NCBI GenBank assembly: GCA_964016885.1
Contig: OZ024740.1
Location: forward strand, 412,424,001-412,488,000
Direction: 5' to 3'
DNA: 64,000 bases
Origin: Eledone cirrhosa
Lineage: Eukaryota
The first letter of the stretch is position 1. The number at the start of each line of letters is the position of its first letter. Positions 26,959 through 43,745 of this stretch are shown one piece after another. The translations under genes were made by a program, and so were the position numbers. A model generated the notes under the pieces. The model saw only the letters and a list, made by a program, of their open reading frames with translations. It did not search any database and was not told where the DNA came from.

Positions 26959-28541
26959 CAGTTACACAACAGGTGAATATTGAAAGTTGTTATTTAAATA
27001 TATTACATAATGAAAATGTTTATTTATTATCATTTACATGTACATCTAGATATTTCGGTGATTAAGCCACCCCAGCATACAGCTACAGAATTCAACACAT
27101 CTACCTGATTAGCCACACAATATGAGATCCATTTTGACCGTATGTTGTCCTTTTATATAAAGATGCATGAGGCTTTCAATGTAATGTATTCTATACTAAT
27201 CATGTTCATTTGTTTTCTCCATAACCTACTTAATACAAAAGTACTGAAAATATTTCGTCTGTAACATATTGATAAAATAATATTTTCTTTATTTTGTAAA
27301 ATGTATTTATTATTTCGTTATGGAAATTTCTTTTATATATCTAGGCATTACTGTGTGCTATTATCCCGGGTAACAAAGCTTTATTCCCTAAAATATATAT
27401 CGCGTAACGTGTAAAACTTTAGTTTAAACAGAATATGGCACTCTACAATATGTTATATCATGATTAGTTCAATCTATGCATGATTATAGTATTTTTCACG
27501 CTTTCACTGCATGTTTTCCGCTGCTTGTAATAACAACTAAAACAAGCTGCTTACATTTGAACTTGTTTTAATACCAGATCGACATGATGTCTGTTGTTCG
27601 AGACAGCTCAAACATTTGTACAATTGTTATACAGATTAGTTACACAGATACAGATTATTTTGATCCAGTATGTTTGATTGACACGTCTAATGTTGAGTTT
27701 TACTTTTTAAGTTATAAATTAATTTCACTGGATTATAAAATTGATCGAAAGCAACATATATATAAAAACTGATCATCAATTGCGATTGTCAAATATGACA
27801 TGAATACAAGTATATTTTAGACTTACTGCTGAGTGCGTTGTGTAACGTTTTCAAATAAATGTACTTAATTAGATAAATGTCATTTTAAAAGTTTTGTTAC
27901 TCTGAGATTTTTAATGAATTCATCGAAATTAAAATTAATAAAATGCATAAAATATTTCTTCCTTTTTTCTCAAGTATATTGTTGAGAGTGTATGAGTAAG
28001 AAGGTGGTCTACTGATCAAATACAGCCGACATCAGGGGATTGCATCTTATCAGTGGTCCCACTTTATATCTGAGGACAAGCCATTTAATAATTAGAATCG
28101 GTTTTAAAATATTATCAATATTAAACGACGTTCTGTCTCATTTTGATATAACTAGCAGAAAAAACCCACCCTTCTGGTAGTTTTCTGCTAGCATGTTTAA
28201 TGTGCATATTGATATTATACGCAAGTATATATGCATGTAGATATAATAAATAAAATAAAATCGATATATAATTGACAATATACACAGAAATAGAACGAAG
28301 ACTGCGTTACACTGTCTTATGTAATCAGTAACGTAGTCCATGATACATTTAAAAAAGACGATTTTATATATAATCTGCATTAGGAGAAAATTAGTGACGG
28401 AAATATATGAATGTTTATTTAAGCGATTGTTACATTTAAGCGGCATTTAAAAATTTTAAAGAAGTGAATCTTTAAATAAGCAATATTATTTATATTTAAA
28501 CAAGAATAACGAAATTTAGTAGATAAATTATGTAATATTAA

Positions 28542-28727
28542 GTGGATTGGCAGTATCGGTGGAGGGTCGGACGCCATGCTTTCCAGCATAATTACGTCCC
28601 TTTACGATCTGAGTTCAAATCCCGCCGAGGTTGACTTTGCCTTTCATCCTTACGGGGTCGATAAAATAAAGTACCAGTAATGCACTGGGTAATTGCTGGC
28701 CTTGTGCCTAAAGTAGAAACAATTATT
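28542..28727 (+). mobile_element. tRNA-derived SINE with Nin/Deu-like core
   Basis: B box GAGTTCAAATC followed by gactttgcctttcatccttacggggtcgataaaataaagtaccag. Confidence 0.8.
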
Positions 28728-28907
28728 TTTTGAAAGTAATCCAACTTATTTTACAAACGGGATAAAAAAATATATTCTGGACGCAGTCCTGCACTCCTTA
28801 CTTTATTATAGTTTAGATTATATGTTCATGATATGGCAGTCCATGTAATATTCTAAATATCCCTGTATATACGGGCAAACATCCAGGCATGTTATTATAT
28901 ATTTATA

Positions 28908-29050
28908 GATGCAACATTTGAAAGAGAGACAGCACCGTATTTGCGATAGAACCGACTCAGATGCAACATTTGAAAGAGAATCACGACCGTACTTGTTATA
29001 GAACCGACACAGGTGCAACAGTTGAAAGAAAGACAACACCGTATTTGCCA
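28908..29050. repeat. Minisatellite, ~52-bp unit, ~2.7 copies
   Basis: gatgcaacatttgaaagaga...ccgta.ttg..atagaaccgac is repeated. Confidence 0.75.
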
Positions 29051-30711
29051 TAAAAGAGACACATGAAAGTTGAAATTGATTACAGTAATTTACAGATATT
29101 TTTTTTAAATACTAGTTTTGTAAAAATATCATCCGATTAGAAAGTAATGCTCAAGAGAATTTTAGCATATTTAATGAGGTGAAAATTAACATGAAATTCG
29201 AATTAATAATGACATTTTGTAAAAATATAAAGAGAATGCGCACGCCGCTGCCAAATGAGTTTCAACTCGTGGATTCCGTCAAGATGATTTGCAATAAGTG
29301 CCCCACATCATGATATTGTTCATACGATCTGTTAAAATCTGGCATCGACTACACAATAATATTTTACGCAAAAATATATAAAATTCGAGAAGCATTGAAT
29401 ACGAATATATTTCATGTCTAAAATGTGTCACACAAACTGGTTAGACCATTACATCAACAGTATACTCAATACTTGATGTAGTAGAGTATGGTTATATGAT
29501 ATGTATATATATATATATCATATAACCATACTCAACTAAATTTGTGAGAGAGAATGTCTACTATGATTAACGCAGTGACATATGGAGTTGGTTACATTAT
29601 GCATTACGAGACGGGAGTCTAATAACTAGTGTCTGGACACAGAGCAAGGGAAATGAATGACATCCTTATCAACACCATACGGTCACCATCCTCGGCATCA
29701 TCGCCATCATCATCAACAAAATCACCATTAAAATTAACACCACCATTTTTTAAATATCCTCATTAATTATAATCTTCTCCATCATGATCAACATCCGCCA
29801 AACATCGTTAAAATCTTCACGATTAGTATCATACGTTAACACTAACATTGTCACTCTGATATACACTATTGCATTCATCTTGCAATAAATCTAAGAAGAA
29901 AAAATTAACATATGATAATATTTTTCGTATTGTAAAAGTCGATTTATCGGCCTATTTCAACAGTGTCCGCTGGGCCATAATTCCGCAGTACCACTTGAAT
30001 ATAAAAAGAAATCTCCAATCAATTGAGAAACGTATTTTTCCGATATATCAAACAAAATGAGATCTAACGTAGGTAGAAATTAATAAAAATAAATTCCATA
30101 TTGGAAATATTCTAATGGAGCAGAGACATTTTGTTATATTCATCCAGTTGGAATTTCAGGAGTGAAAATTATAATCAATTTCTTCCTTGTAAGTGAGCAT
30201 AGTCATATGTATATATTGTTAAGAATCCAAATACATATGAAAAAAAAAATCAATTAGGTACCAACACACAAGGCTGAGAAATGTCAAACGACATTTCTGG
30301 ATGTAACAGCTACATATTCCTCATCTCGCACACAACTTTCAATTAAAAATGAAGAACACATGAAATAATTTATTTCTCGATTGCCCACCAATGACTTGGT
30401 GATAACGTATATACAGTATATGAACATATGCCGTGTCTGCAATTATTAAGATATTCAAATTTATCTTCAACCAAAACATTCGGAGAAGGAAACTTGTTTA
30501 TTTTTCTAGATGTTATTTTTATATATTTTGTCTCTGCGGTGGTGAGATTCATTTTCCCGTCACTATTTCTTCACACGTTTATATAGCTCGTCAACACTTC
30601 TGGAATTATCTTCCAACCATCTAAGTATTCTAAGGGAAAGAAAACCATAATTCCAAGAGTAATTATCTGCTGTATTTCAGCTTCCTGTACAATGTATGTG
30701 TGTGTGCCTGG

Positions 30712-30775
<64 letters not shown>

Positions 30776-30777
<2 letters not shown>

Positions 30778-30965
30778 CGAAGGAAATGTGGTAAGGAACC
30801 AGGTGGACCATAACGCACCAAAGTACTCAATACTTGAGGTAGTAGAGTGGGTAATAGGAACCAGTAAGACCCCGACAGCTGAGCTCAAGCCGTTTCGACG
30901 GCTAATTGAGTCCAGAATTAGCCGTCGAAACGGCTTGAGCTCAGCTGTCGGGGTCTTACTGGTTC

Positions 30966-30999
<34 letters not shown>

Positions 31000-31180
31000 A
31001 ACAAAGAAAGTGTGCTAAGATAGTGTGTGGACAATAACGCAGCAGAGTACTCGATACTTAGGGTAGTTGAGTGGGTAATAGGAAAAGAGTCAGGACCCCG
31101 ACGCAAGATGAGCTCCGGCTGTTTCGACAGCTAGAAATGGCTGGAGTTCAGCCGGCGGGGGCCCGGACTCTTTTCCTATA
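30776..31180. repeat. Two copies of a short fold-back repeat family (also 60848-61313)
   Basis: Shared ggaccataacgcaccaaagtactcaatactt...gaccccgac...gccgtttcgacggc. Each copy folds back just after this hairpin. Confidence 0.8.
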
Positions 31181-31187
31181 TATATAT

Positions 31188-31243
31188 ATGTTTATATTAC
31201 ATAAGCCGGTAGTTCTGTTCATTGAATATATATATATATATAT

Positions 31244-31283
<40 letters not shown>

Positions 31284-31370
31284 GATAAACGGAACTACCG
31301 GCTTATGTAATTAACATAAAAGACGCTGAACATTCCACAGCTACATGCATCCTTAACGTAATTCTCAAGT
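31188..31370. mobile_element. Dispersed repeat fragment with an inverted duplication around (TA)n; second copy 32798-32915
   Basis: ttacataagccggtagttc / gaactaccggcttatgtaa; tgcatccttaacgtaatt is shared with ~32865. Confidence 0.65.
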
Positions 31371-32759
31371 GTTTGATGTCACCCTGCATGCATTTAACAA
31401 TTATTACTCTCATTTCCTGAGATCAATATTAGATACATTCATGAAATAAATAGAGCTCTACTGCGGCTTGGTTAGAGAAAGTGGTCCCATATCCCGGGTG
31501 TCATTTATTTAACGTAGGGGTCTATTTCAGATATTGCACTTAACCAACTCAGAGCAATTCATCTTTTAATACTTTTAGTATTATAATACTTTTGCATGTT
31601 ATGTAATCCAGGTTTTATTTTCAATACAAGCTTTAATGAGTTACTTAATTCGTTTGTATTTTCAGGAATATATTGGTAAACGGAGTGTAAATCCTGTTCC
31701 CTCAATGTTGGTAAATAATATAGAGATAAAGACCATACATACAGCAATTAGCAAAAGTAGATTAAATTGGTCGAAAATGAAACTGACTAATTAACTCCAA
31801 TATGGAGACAGTGAGAGTAGGAATTTGGTTCCATTGTGTTCGGACCTGGTGTATATGTATATATTTATTTAACACATCACATTATCTGTATATTTGAAAG
31901 TGTTACTAATCATGATTTACTAGACATGGTATATAAAGGAAGCATTGCTGCAAAATTAAACTAACAGGCTTTATGATATCAACAACCTTTCATATAAAAG
32001 ATAAAAAATAACACATTTAAAGGAAAACAAAAATCGCAATATCATTTTACCCATCGTTCAGTCCTTTTAACAATCTCCACACACAATTTGATCTAAATGT
32101 TCTTTTTTAACTAAACACATATAGATTATCTCACATTCTAACTCAACTAACATTAAATAGTACGCTACATAATATACCACAATGGTCTTTAGCCACTTAT
32201 CTGTATTGATCTTCCATTTTCTGAACATATTTCCCCAGAGTTATAGTTCAATGATCTCTTCCTATATTCAATAATTTCAGAGACAACATTCTTTCGTAAA
32301 AATTAGTATGTACATTTAGCCATATGTCTTTTGTTCCTATATCGATACGTGTATATAAGTTTATATTTGAAATATACCTATTTATTTGTGCGAGTAGAAA
32401 TTTATATACATGCCCATATGAATTCACTTGTGTGAAATTATTTAGGGAAAACATCAAAGTGTTAGAACAATGATGATTTACCTCCCTTTCTTCCCATTTT
32501 GACATCTCACAAATCTCAACTTTATATATTACATGGACAAGTGAAGCCAGTCATTTTATTCATGCAGTTCATATGAGGATTCATGTAGGTTAGTTTTCTA
32601 TGTATAAAATAATCTATTCTTGCATACGTTTTAAGGTAATTTAAAAGATACGCACACCCACTGATACATATGTATATATATATGTGTGTGTGTGTTTGTG
32701 TCTGTGTGTGTGAGTGTATGTGTGTGTGCGTGTGTGTGTGTGAGTGTGTGTGTGTGTGG

Positions 32760-32800
<41 letters not shown>

Positions 32801-34025
32801 CAATGAACGAAACTACCAGCTTATGAAATTAACATACAAGAAGCTGAGCATTCCAGAGCCACGTGCATCCTTAACGTAATTCCCATGAGACTCAGCGTGA
32901 CAATGTGTGACAAAATGTATTATCTTTTCAACGTTTGCGAAACCATTTAACGGAAAATAAAGGGTTGGAACAATAATATTTACATTCCTTTCTTTCCATT
33001 TGAATTAACCACCAAGCCAGTTTGAGCAACTGAAGTCTACGATGAATTTCTGACTGTATTCCTGCTATGTATTTGAGAGTGTATGTGTGTATCTAAGTGT
33101 GTATATCGTCAGAATGCCCCGGAACGGTGTGTTCTAAAAACGGTATTGACCTTTGAAACACTCGTCACAAGAGGAAGGCTTTGGGGGCAGAGAGGAGTTT
33201 CTTAATTCTGAAGAGAATAAAGGAAAATAAACTCACAAACAGAAGCTTATGTAATTTCTATCAAGAAAAATATCCATTAATGCCTGATCTGAAATGATAA
33301 CAGATAGACAATCAGATTAAGGAATGGGTCTCACGGACATGTTATATTTCACCGTCTGTTGAAACGTTCTTCTTCTCTGCATGTCTTCCGATTTCGTATT
33401 GTTAATATGTGTATCAAATTTCCTCGCAGCCTGGTAAGCCTATTCGGCTCCAGATCGCAAGGTTGTGAATTCGAGTCCGGCGACGCGTTGTGTGCTTGAA
33501 CAAGACCCTTCATTTCGCGTTGCTTCAGATCACCTTTCATAGGCACCACATTGGGAATGATTGAAGAATCTCCAGGAAGGGCGGCGGAATATAAGTAACG
33601 GGCCGTGTACTACGGAGCAAACATAGCCTGACAGGATAAAAGAAAAAATCAAAGAAACGCATTCTATGTTGAAAGTTTCCCGCCAACGACTGGCTTCTCT
33701 ACTAGTATACAGTGTTGACGTAAACGAAAATACGTGGATGTGTATAGATATATAAATCAAAATTCAATGTTTAATTAATAGAGCCATCGACAAATGCAAT
33801 TAGTTTAGACGATTCAGTTAAGTCCATTTTTTTTATTTGGCATAAATAGCGATTGATTATATTTGTTTTTAATGAGATAAATAAGAATACTTATGTAGTC
33901 GGGAAAGATTAAGGAAACGTATTAGATGTACCTGCAACATCTAAAGATATTTGCGCTCGATTATATTGCAGGAAAGCTTCAAAAATGTCATTGTACCTAT
34001 TGTGAACGTACGTTCGATATTCATC

Positions 34026-34134
<109 letters not shown>

Positions 34135-34223
34135 ATATATATACATACACACACACATAAATATATATATATATATATATATGGAGGAGGTTATAGTTCA
34201 CTTGAAGCATTGTGTAATGAGGT

Positions 34224-34935
<712 letters not shown>

Positions 34936-35086
34936 ACCCCGTTATGGGTGAAATCAGCAATTCTGTTGCTTAAACTTTAATCTGTTATTTTAATAAATAA
35001 TTGCTTTAAGGTTTTTATATATTTGATATATATATATTAACCTCATCGAGCCCTCTTCGGATTTTAGTCTTCACATTTATTATTAT

Positions 35087-35134
<48 letters not shown>

Positions 35135-35186
35135 AATAACGAAACGAAATTAAATTTCGTTTCGTTTGTAACTTAATCATATATAT

Positions 35187-35705
35187 ATTGGTAAACGGAA
35201 TATAAAATGCTGACAAATTGTTCACAGTGAAAAAGAGTTTAATTAGGAATAATTAGGAATAAGTAAGAATTAGTAATAGTATTGGTTAGTATTCAGTTTT
35301 GGTTTTAAGTTTTACCTGTTGCGCATTTCTAATGCTTTTCAAAAATAATTTTGAGATGTCCGTGATGTTTGCTCTGATCTGATTAGTTTTGGGACTTCTA
35401 CCTGTTTTCATGTTAAAAAAAGTGGCTCTCAGCGGTATTAAAATAAGTTTTGCGCCAATTCGTGTTGCAAAAATTCTTGTGGTCAAAACAATTTTGATTG
35501 GTCGGTAGAGGTCATGGGAATGTCAAAAATTGATTTTGCGCCAAATGTAGGTTTGTGTCGGCTGACTGAGAAATAAGTCTTTCACATCAAATGTGTGTGT
35601 GTGTGTGTGTGTAGTAGTAGTAAAGAGGTTCGTTGTTGTGATATTGGTCAGCAGGGATAGGGTGTGCGAACCGCAGCATGTTGACAGTTCAAATGCCTAT
35701 TAAGA

Positions 35706-35769
<64 letters not shown>

Positions 35770-35891
35770 TGTGTGTGTTTAGCAGAGTAATTCGTGGTAG
35801 AGGGATGGTCAGTAGGAATGTCTCTGTAAGTGTGTGGGGGATATTTTAACATGTTAAAAGATATATTTCAGCTCTTGTCTTATACGGAGAA

Positions 35892-35936
<45 letters not shown>

Positions 35937-36020
35937 TCTTTGTATGTTAATGTACGCGTGTGTAAGTGTGTGTGTATATATGTGTGTGTGTACACCATTT
36001 TACCAGAAAAAAATACTGGT

Positions 36021-36051
<31 letters not shown>

Positions 36052-36790
36052 TTCTCACACACACACACATATATATACACGCACACATACACACGCGTAC
36101 ATTAACATACAAAGAGACATATACACACACACACACACACACTTCTGCGTATAAGACAAGAGCTGAAAAATATATTTTAACATGTTAAATTATCCCCGAC
36201 ACACTTACAGACACATTCCTACTGACCATCCCTCTACCACGAATTACTCTGCTACACACACACACACACTTGTCTTAATAGGCATTTGAACTGTCAACAG
36301 GCTGCGGTTCGCACACACATCCCTGCTGACGATTATCACAACAACGAACCTCTTTACTACTACTACTACTACTACACACACACACACATATTTGTTGTGA
36401 AAGACTTATTTCTCTGTCAGCCGACACAAACCTACATTTGGCGCAAAATCAATTTTTTACATTCACATGACCTCTACCGACCAATCAACATTGTTTTGAC
36501 CACAAGAATTTTTGCAACACGAATTGGCGCAAAACTTATTTTAATACCGCTGGAGCCACTTCTTTAACGTAAAAACAGGTAGAATTCCCAAAACTAATCA
36601 TATCAGAGCAAACATCACGGACGCTCAATCTCAAAATTATTTTTGAAAAGCATTAGAAATGCCCAACCGGTAAAACTTAAAACCCAAACTGAATACTAAC
36701 CAATACTATTACTAATTCTTACTTATTCCTAATTAAACTCTTTTTCACTGTGAACAATTTGTCAGCATTTTCTATTCAGTTTACCAATAT
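35187..36790. repeat. ~800-bp-arm non-coding inverted repeat
   Basis: 35187-35990 mirrors ~36030-36790, including embedded (GT)n and (TAG)n tracts. Confidence 0.9.
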
Positions 36791-37098
36791 ATAATAACTT
36801 GTGTGTTACACCTCTATTCTTTTAAATATATATATATATATATATTCAAACGTAGCGGGGTTATAGGAAATATTCGCTATAATGGGGTAAGGTTCGGACA
36901 CAAGCGAGTGAATCTCTCCTACAGTGCTAACCAGACGTATATCGGCAATGGAGGGGTCGCAAATTGTATTCCAAACTCCAGGTTTTTTGCAAGAACAGAC
37001 TTTACTAGAAAATGCGATTTGCATTTGCCAATCATTGTGGCAGAATCGTCTATCTATGTTACCATTTCTGTATTGCCTCATTACTGGAAGTAACTGAA

Positions 37099-37206
37099 AT
37101 AATTGTTTCTACTTTTGGCACAAGGCCAGCAATTATACCAGTACATTACTGGTACTTTATTTTATCGACCCCGTAAGGATGAAAGGCAAAGTTAACTTCG
37201 GCGGGA
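37099..37206 (-). mobile_element. Partial SINE (Nin/Deu-like core)
   Basis: Same core as 28542. Flanked by the direct repeat gaagtaactgaaataat. Confidence 0.75.
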
Positions 37207-39134
37207 AGTAACTGAAATAATGAATGTGAGAAGTAGCCTCTCAATTCCCAGTGTCTAACAATTACTGCTTTAGGGTCAATTGGCAACAAATAGTGACTTG
37301 AAGCGTGGGAAAACGACTCGATTTTCGCCCAAGGACTTTGCTATCGGCAAAATGTGAAATGATATATAATTTGAATTTAAAGCCGTTGTATATCTCAACC
37401 TATTAAACAAAAATATATGTGGATCGTGTGTGCGTATCGTATGTGTATTTATGGGCGAGTATATGTGTGTGACTGTTTATGAATCTACGTGTGTATCTTT
37501 GTGGGTGTGTATCTGGTTGGGGGTTTGGTCATCTTAACTTTCCTGTCAATATCAATACTGGAATGAGTAAAAATATATATAACGACGAGCAACTGTATTT
37601 ATTTTCAAATTAGGGACGTAAAACACTATGATAGGGGGAGCTGAAGTCAATTATATCTAACCGGAGGCCTGAATTCGAGAATAATTTCCTCACAAGTAAA
37701 TAATGAAAGATGAATTTAAATAAAGCAGCATTTGAACACTGAAGCATTACTGCCAGAACAAAATGTTGCACTTCATTTCATAATACATGCTTCCAATCAT
37801 AGCAATCCAATTGTCTTTGCGTTTATTATTACGGATGCAAAAACATAAATATTAATATATATGAAATGTATGAATATGATTTGGAGGAATAATGACAATG
37901 CCACATTGATATAATGGCAATTCTAACACTATTCGCAATAGGAACTTTTTCCTGAAAACCTGCGCGTCGGTAGTGATCAACATGGTGACAATATTTTTCG
38001 GTATGCTTGTTGAACATGAAGACAATGACGTCGACAAACTACATGATAAAAAGAGAAAAGCAATCTCGTTGTATAATTATAAGTATGTCCCCTTAACAGT
38101 ATTTTTAAAAGCTCCTTTCAATACAGTTCTTTAGCAATTTACATTTACGAGGAACATTTATATGAGATGAGAGACAATTTACTACTTTAGTAGTTGGCTT
38201 GTCCACAAATTTATCTGAATTGTTTTTATATCGTTGGACAAAATCAATGTGAAATATATATATTTTTTAGCAATCATTGCAAACTATGCTTTATCTCTTA
38301 TATAATCGAAACGACAATAGGAATCAAATATTTGGTAATCCAGCAAGAGTGTTGGGATTTGAAATGTTTCCCATCGAAAAGAAATTCTATGTTACGTCAC
38401 GATTTCATTCTGATATTTCTCAAATTAACTATACACTGTTTTTTAAGCCACTCAGGAATACTTGAAAAGAAAATATATCAGTAAAACTAATAAATGCATA
38501 TATTAACAAATTCGGTCATCACAAATTATATATTGGTCTCTAATTCCATATCGCAGCATATAATTCTCTCACTATCTCTTTTTCTTCCTTTTTGTTATTT
38601 CTGTCATACCACAGATAACCTATTATTTATTGCTGATACATGAGTCCAGTACAACACATACGGCTTCATTCAAGACACGCTTCCCGTTCTGATATGAATA
38701 TTCAGTAAAAAGCATTTTATATGATATTATTTTTAAACCATTCCCACCAATAATTTTCTTAATGAGATGATATCATGAGAGAATATTTCTTCACTTGTCA
38801 AACAAAGGGAAAACAAGAAAAGGGAAAGACAAGCTAGAATATAAAATATTGTCTTAACACTGAAAGCTATCTGTCTCATAATGTTTCAAAACATAATACT
38901 CAAAATAAACACATATGAATAGGATTTCAGAAAATAAGAAAAATATAAACGTAAAGTACATCATTTCATACTCCAAAAATGAAAGTAAAATTATAAAACC
39001 CCATAAAATATGCCTTCTATTCTTTCATTACATTTTTCGTAGTTTCAATTGCATTACAAGTTGGCTTCTAATTAGATGAACACACACACACGCATACACA
39101 CACGCACACACACACGCACACACACTACCACACT

Positions 39135-39207
<73 letters not shown>

Positions 39208-39774
39208 ATATATATATATAATATATATATATGTATATATATATATGTGTGTATGTGTGTGTGTGTGTGTGTGGAGAGAGAGAGAATGATAGAGGGGAGG
39301 AAGAGAGAGAGAGATAATAAGATAAGAGTATAAATGAAATCCTATTAACTACGCCCAGAAAAAAAAAACAATATATTAATGTTCTCTTGTCTAGTATTGA
39401 TTGAATGTGATCGTTTTTATTGGCTTCTTCTAATTAATATTTCAAAATAATGAATATATATATTTCTATTTCCTTTGTTATCAGTCTTCTTCAATATCTC
39501 TCTATCTAACGAGATGTTTTTTCACTTCTCTATCACTGTCGCACTCTACATCTCTCTATATTTCTCTACCTTACTCACACTTAATCCTTTCTCTCTCTCT
39601 ATATATATATATGTGTGTGTGTATGTATACACACACGTTCTTAGCCACACATACGAACGCAGACACCTACACTCCTCACCCACACCAAACACACACATAC
39701 ACGCACCCGCACGCACACACGCACGCACGCACACATACACTCACACACACACACACACATACACACACACACAC

Positions 39775-39875
<101 letters not shown>

Positions 39876-40544
39876 TATATACATATATATATATAAATCG
39901 ATGAATGCATGGATATTCAGAAAAAAAATATGACCTCCTCTTTACGAACAGAAAATATTTTTATCATCATTTAATCTTTAAAATCTTGTGGAGATTTAAA
40001 ATTTGTTGAGTCTTGCTTCTAAGAACAAAAGACGATTAAAATAATGTTCTTTTTAAAACTACCTGACCGACAGCAACTGCTTTTATTCAAGATCTCTATA
40101 TAATTACCATTCGACATCAGCGCCCATGTGTGAAATTATACTCCACATTCCATGATCTATAGTATATTACAAAAACTTGCCAGAGGAAGCGTCTATAAGC
40201 ATCAATCGTGGTATATTCTCCCCACGAAATAAAGCAATCATTTAGCATATTGAAGAATGTGGACGAGAAAGATTCAATATATTCTTTGAGATATGTTCAC
40301 TAAACGAACATCTAAATGATCACAGAACAAATTGTTACCGAAACATACAAACCGAAACTAAACAGATAATATCAACTGATCTCACGTAAAAACTATTATA
40401 CTAATTTCAACATCACATGACACATTCAAAGACACATCGCCAGGGGATCCAGGTTCAGGTTGACGTGACTTCCAATATTAAAACATTCGGTCGATGGAGA
40501 GGGTATCAAGGAGTTGAGGTGGCTTGCTCGGTAATTAATCAACA

Positions 40545-41599
<1,055 letters not shown>

Positions 41600-41785
41600 T
41601 TCAGTAATATCGAAGCTCTGGCTTTAGCCAAGCTAACGAATGCAATCCGAAATGTGCAGCCAAGCACTCGATAAGGTAGTGTCACCTTAGAGTTAAACAT
41701 ACGTTGAGATAGCTTGACAAATTGAAGACTGCGACGACCGGTGAGCCAGCCGCAAGGACCAAAGCAACGAGAAGACCAACTCAGG

Positions 41786-41825
<40 letters not shown>

Positions 41826-42079
41826 TAAAAGGAAAAAGTTGTCAACATTTTCTTTTCCTTTTACTATTATATCAGAACTCCTGTATTACACCTCTATTTT
41901 TTTAAATATATATATATATATATATACATATATATATAAAATTGGTCGCTTTAGAAGCCTCAACAATGCAGATGGGTAAATCTCCGGGCAACAGAATCAA
42001 GTGATGATGAGAGAGATGTAGGAGGAAATGTACAATGAGACGTATAGTTTGTAGAGGAACGTAGAAAAGAGTGTAAAGA

Positions 42080-42253
42080 TAATTGTTCCTACATTTGGCA
42101 CAAGTGTGTTACTGGTTCTTTATTTTATCGACCCCGTAATGATGAAAGGCAAAGTTAACTTTGGCGGGATTTGAGCTCAGAATGGCAAGGGCCGTAACTC
42201 TATGCGTCAAAGCATGCCGCCCGACCCTCTACCGATACTGCCAATCCACCGCC
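42080..42253 (-). mobile_element. tRNA-derived SINE (Nin/Deu-like core)
   Basis: Matches the 28542 family. Confidence 0.75.
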
Positions 42254-42379
42254 CTGTAAAAATAGTAACACGGGATAGAGTTACCTTGGAAGTGATTTAA
42301 TTGTCCCTATATTTCGGATTTCGCATCATCTATGGGAAACGTTTTTAGTCGGAGAGGAACAACACATGGCCTCTGTTGT

Positions 42380-42543
<164 letters not shown>

Positions 42544-42668
42544 GGAGGTGAGTTTTATTGTAGTACAATAAATCAATGCAGATATCGGATAAGAAGCAGT
42601 CTACATTTTGTAGGACTGGAGTATACATAATATATAAGAACAAAAGATGGTTAAAAGAGTTCCATGTA

Positions 42669-42735
42669 TTTTATTATGCGCATTTCAAAAACAAATATCA
42701 TCATGCAATAATATTTGTGCTTTCATCAGATAAAA
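42669..42735 (-). ncRNA. Type I HHR in the PLE 3' end
   Basis: Reverse complement ttttat-CTGATGA-aagcacaaatat...atatttgttttt-GAAA-tgcgca-TA-ataaaa. Confidence 0.8.
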
Positions 42736-43745
42736 CAGGAAGATATGATATGAAGTTTAAAAAACACTTGTCGATAGTGCAGTTTTAAATCAACATATGA
42801 AAAGTAGTTTTAGATTGATGTGTGATATTGGGAAAAAATATTTATTTTGAGGCGGGGGGGGGATGAAAAAGAGGAGGAGATGAGAGTAAAAAGTGGAGAG
42901 GGAGGAGTATAATGAGGAAGGATGAGATAGGAGGAAAGATGGGTGATAGAGAGAGAGAGATAGCTTTTATAACTGAGAAAGATGTATTGTTTTACATTGA
43001 GAGGTTGAAAACCGTTGGAAGATAATGTATAAATTAAAAGAATTTGAAAATTAACGAAGAGAAAAATAATGTAAAGTTAAGGTTTGTATATTGAGGGGTT
43101 TAATAATATGTGCGATGAAAAGAAAATGTTAATATGTATTAAGAATAATATTTAAGGGTTTAATAACATGTGCGATGAAAAGAAAATGTTAATATGTATT
43201 AAGAATAATATTTAAGGTTTTAATAAGATGTGCGATGGAAAAGAAAAAGTTAATATGTATTAAGAATGATATTAAGGGTTTAATAATATGTGCGATGGAA
43301 AGAAAATGTTGATATGTATTATTAAAAAGAATAACAGGTAGTTTAAGTAAGGATATATTGTGAGATGAGCATGAATGAGTTAGATGAAAGGGAGTAAAAA
43401 TTATGAATTGAGGATGAATAATCTAACGTCAAAAAAATGTTTGTTTACGAAGGATTTTTACAAGGTGATATAGAGTAAGAATGTATTGTATTATGTAATA
43501 ATTGATTCTATGTTAGGCAAGAGTGAGAAAAGGTACAGATTAGGGGTTAGACATTAAAAGAAAAAGAGAAGAAAAAGGGAAGTGATAAATAGGAGCGATA
43601 TATAGAATGAGTAACAAGTATTATAGAATGTATAATAACCTTTGAAATAAGGTAGAAAGATGGGTATATGTTTAAAGAAGTGTATATATATATATATATA
43701 TATATATGTGCCTTTGAGAAAAAGATTCTAAATTGATAAAGAATA

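Noticed and set aside
30860-30910. HDV-like ribozyme (hairpin followed by GCTAA)
   Set aside because: I could not build the P1/P2/P3 nested pseudoknot.
33618-33670. aacatag...ctgacag...GAAAcgcaTT-ctatgtt HHR-like arrangement
   Set aside because: Core and stem II are non-canonical, and it is a single copy.
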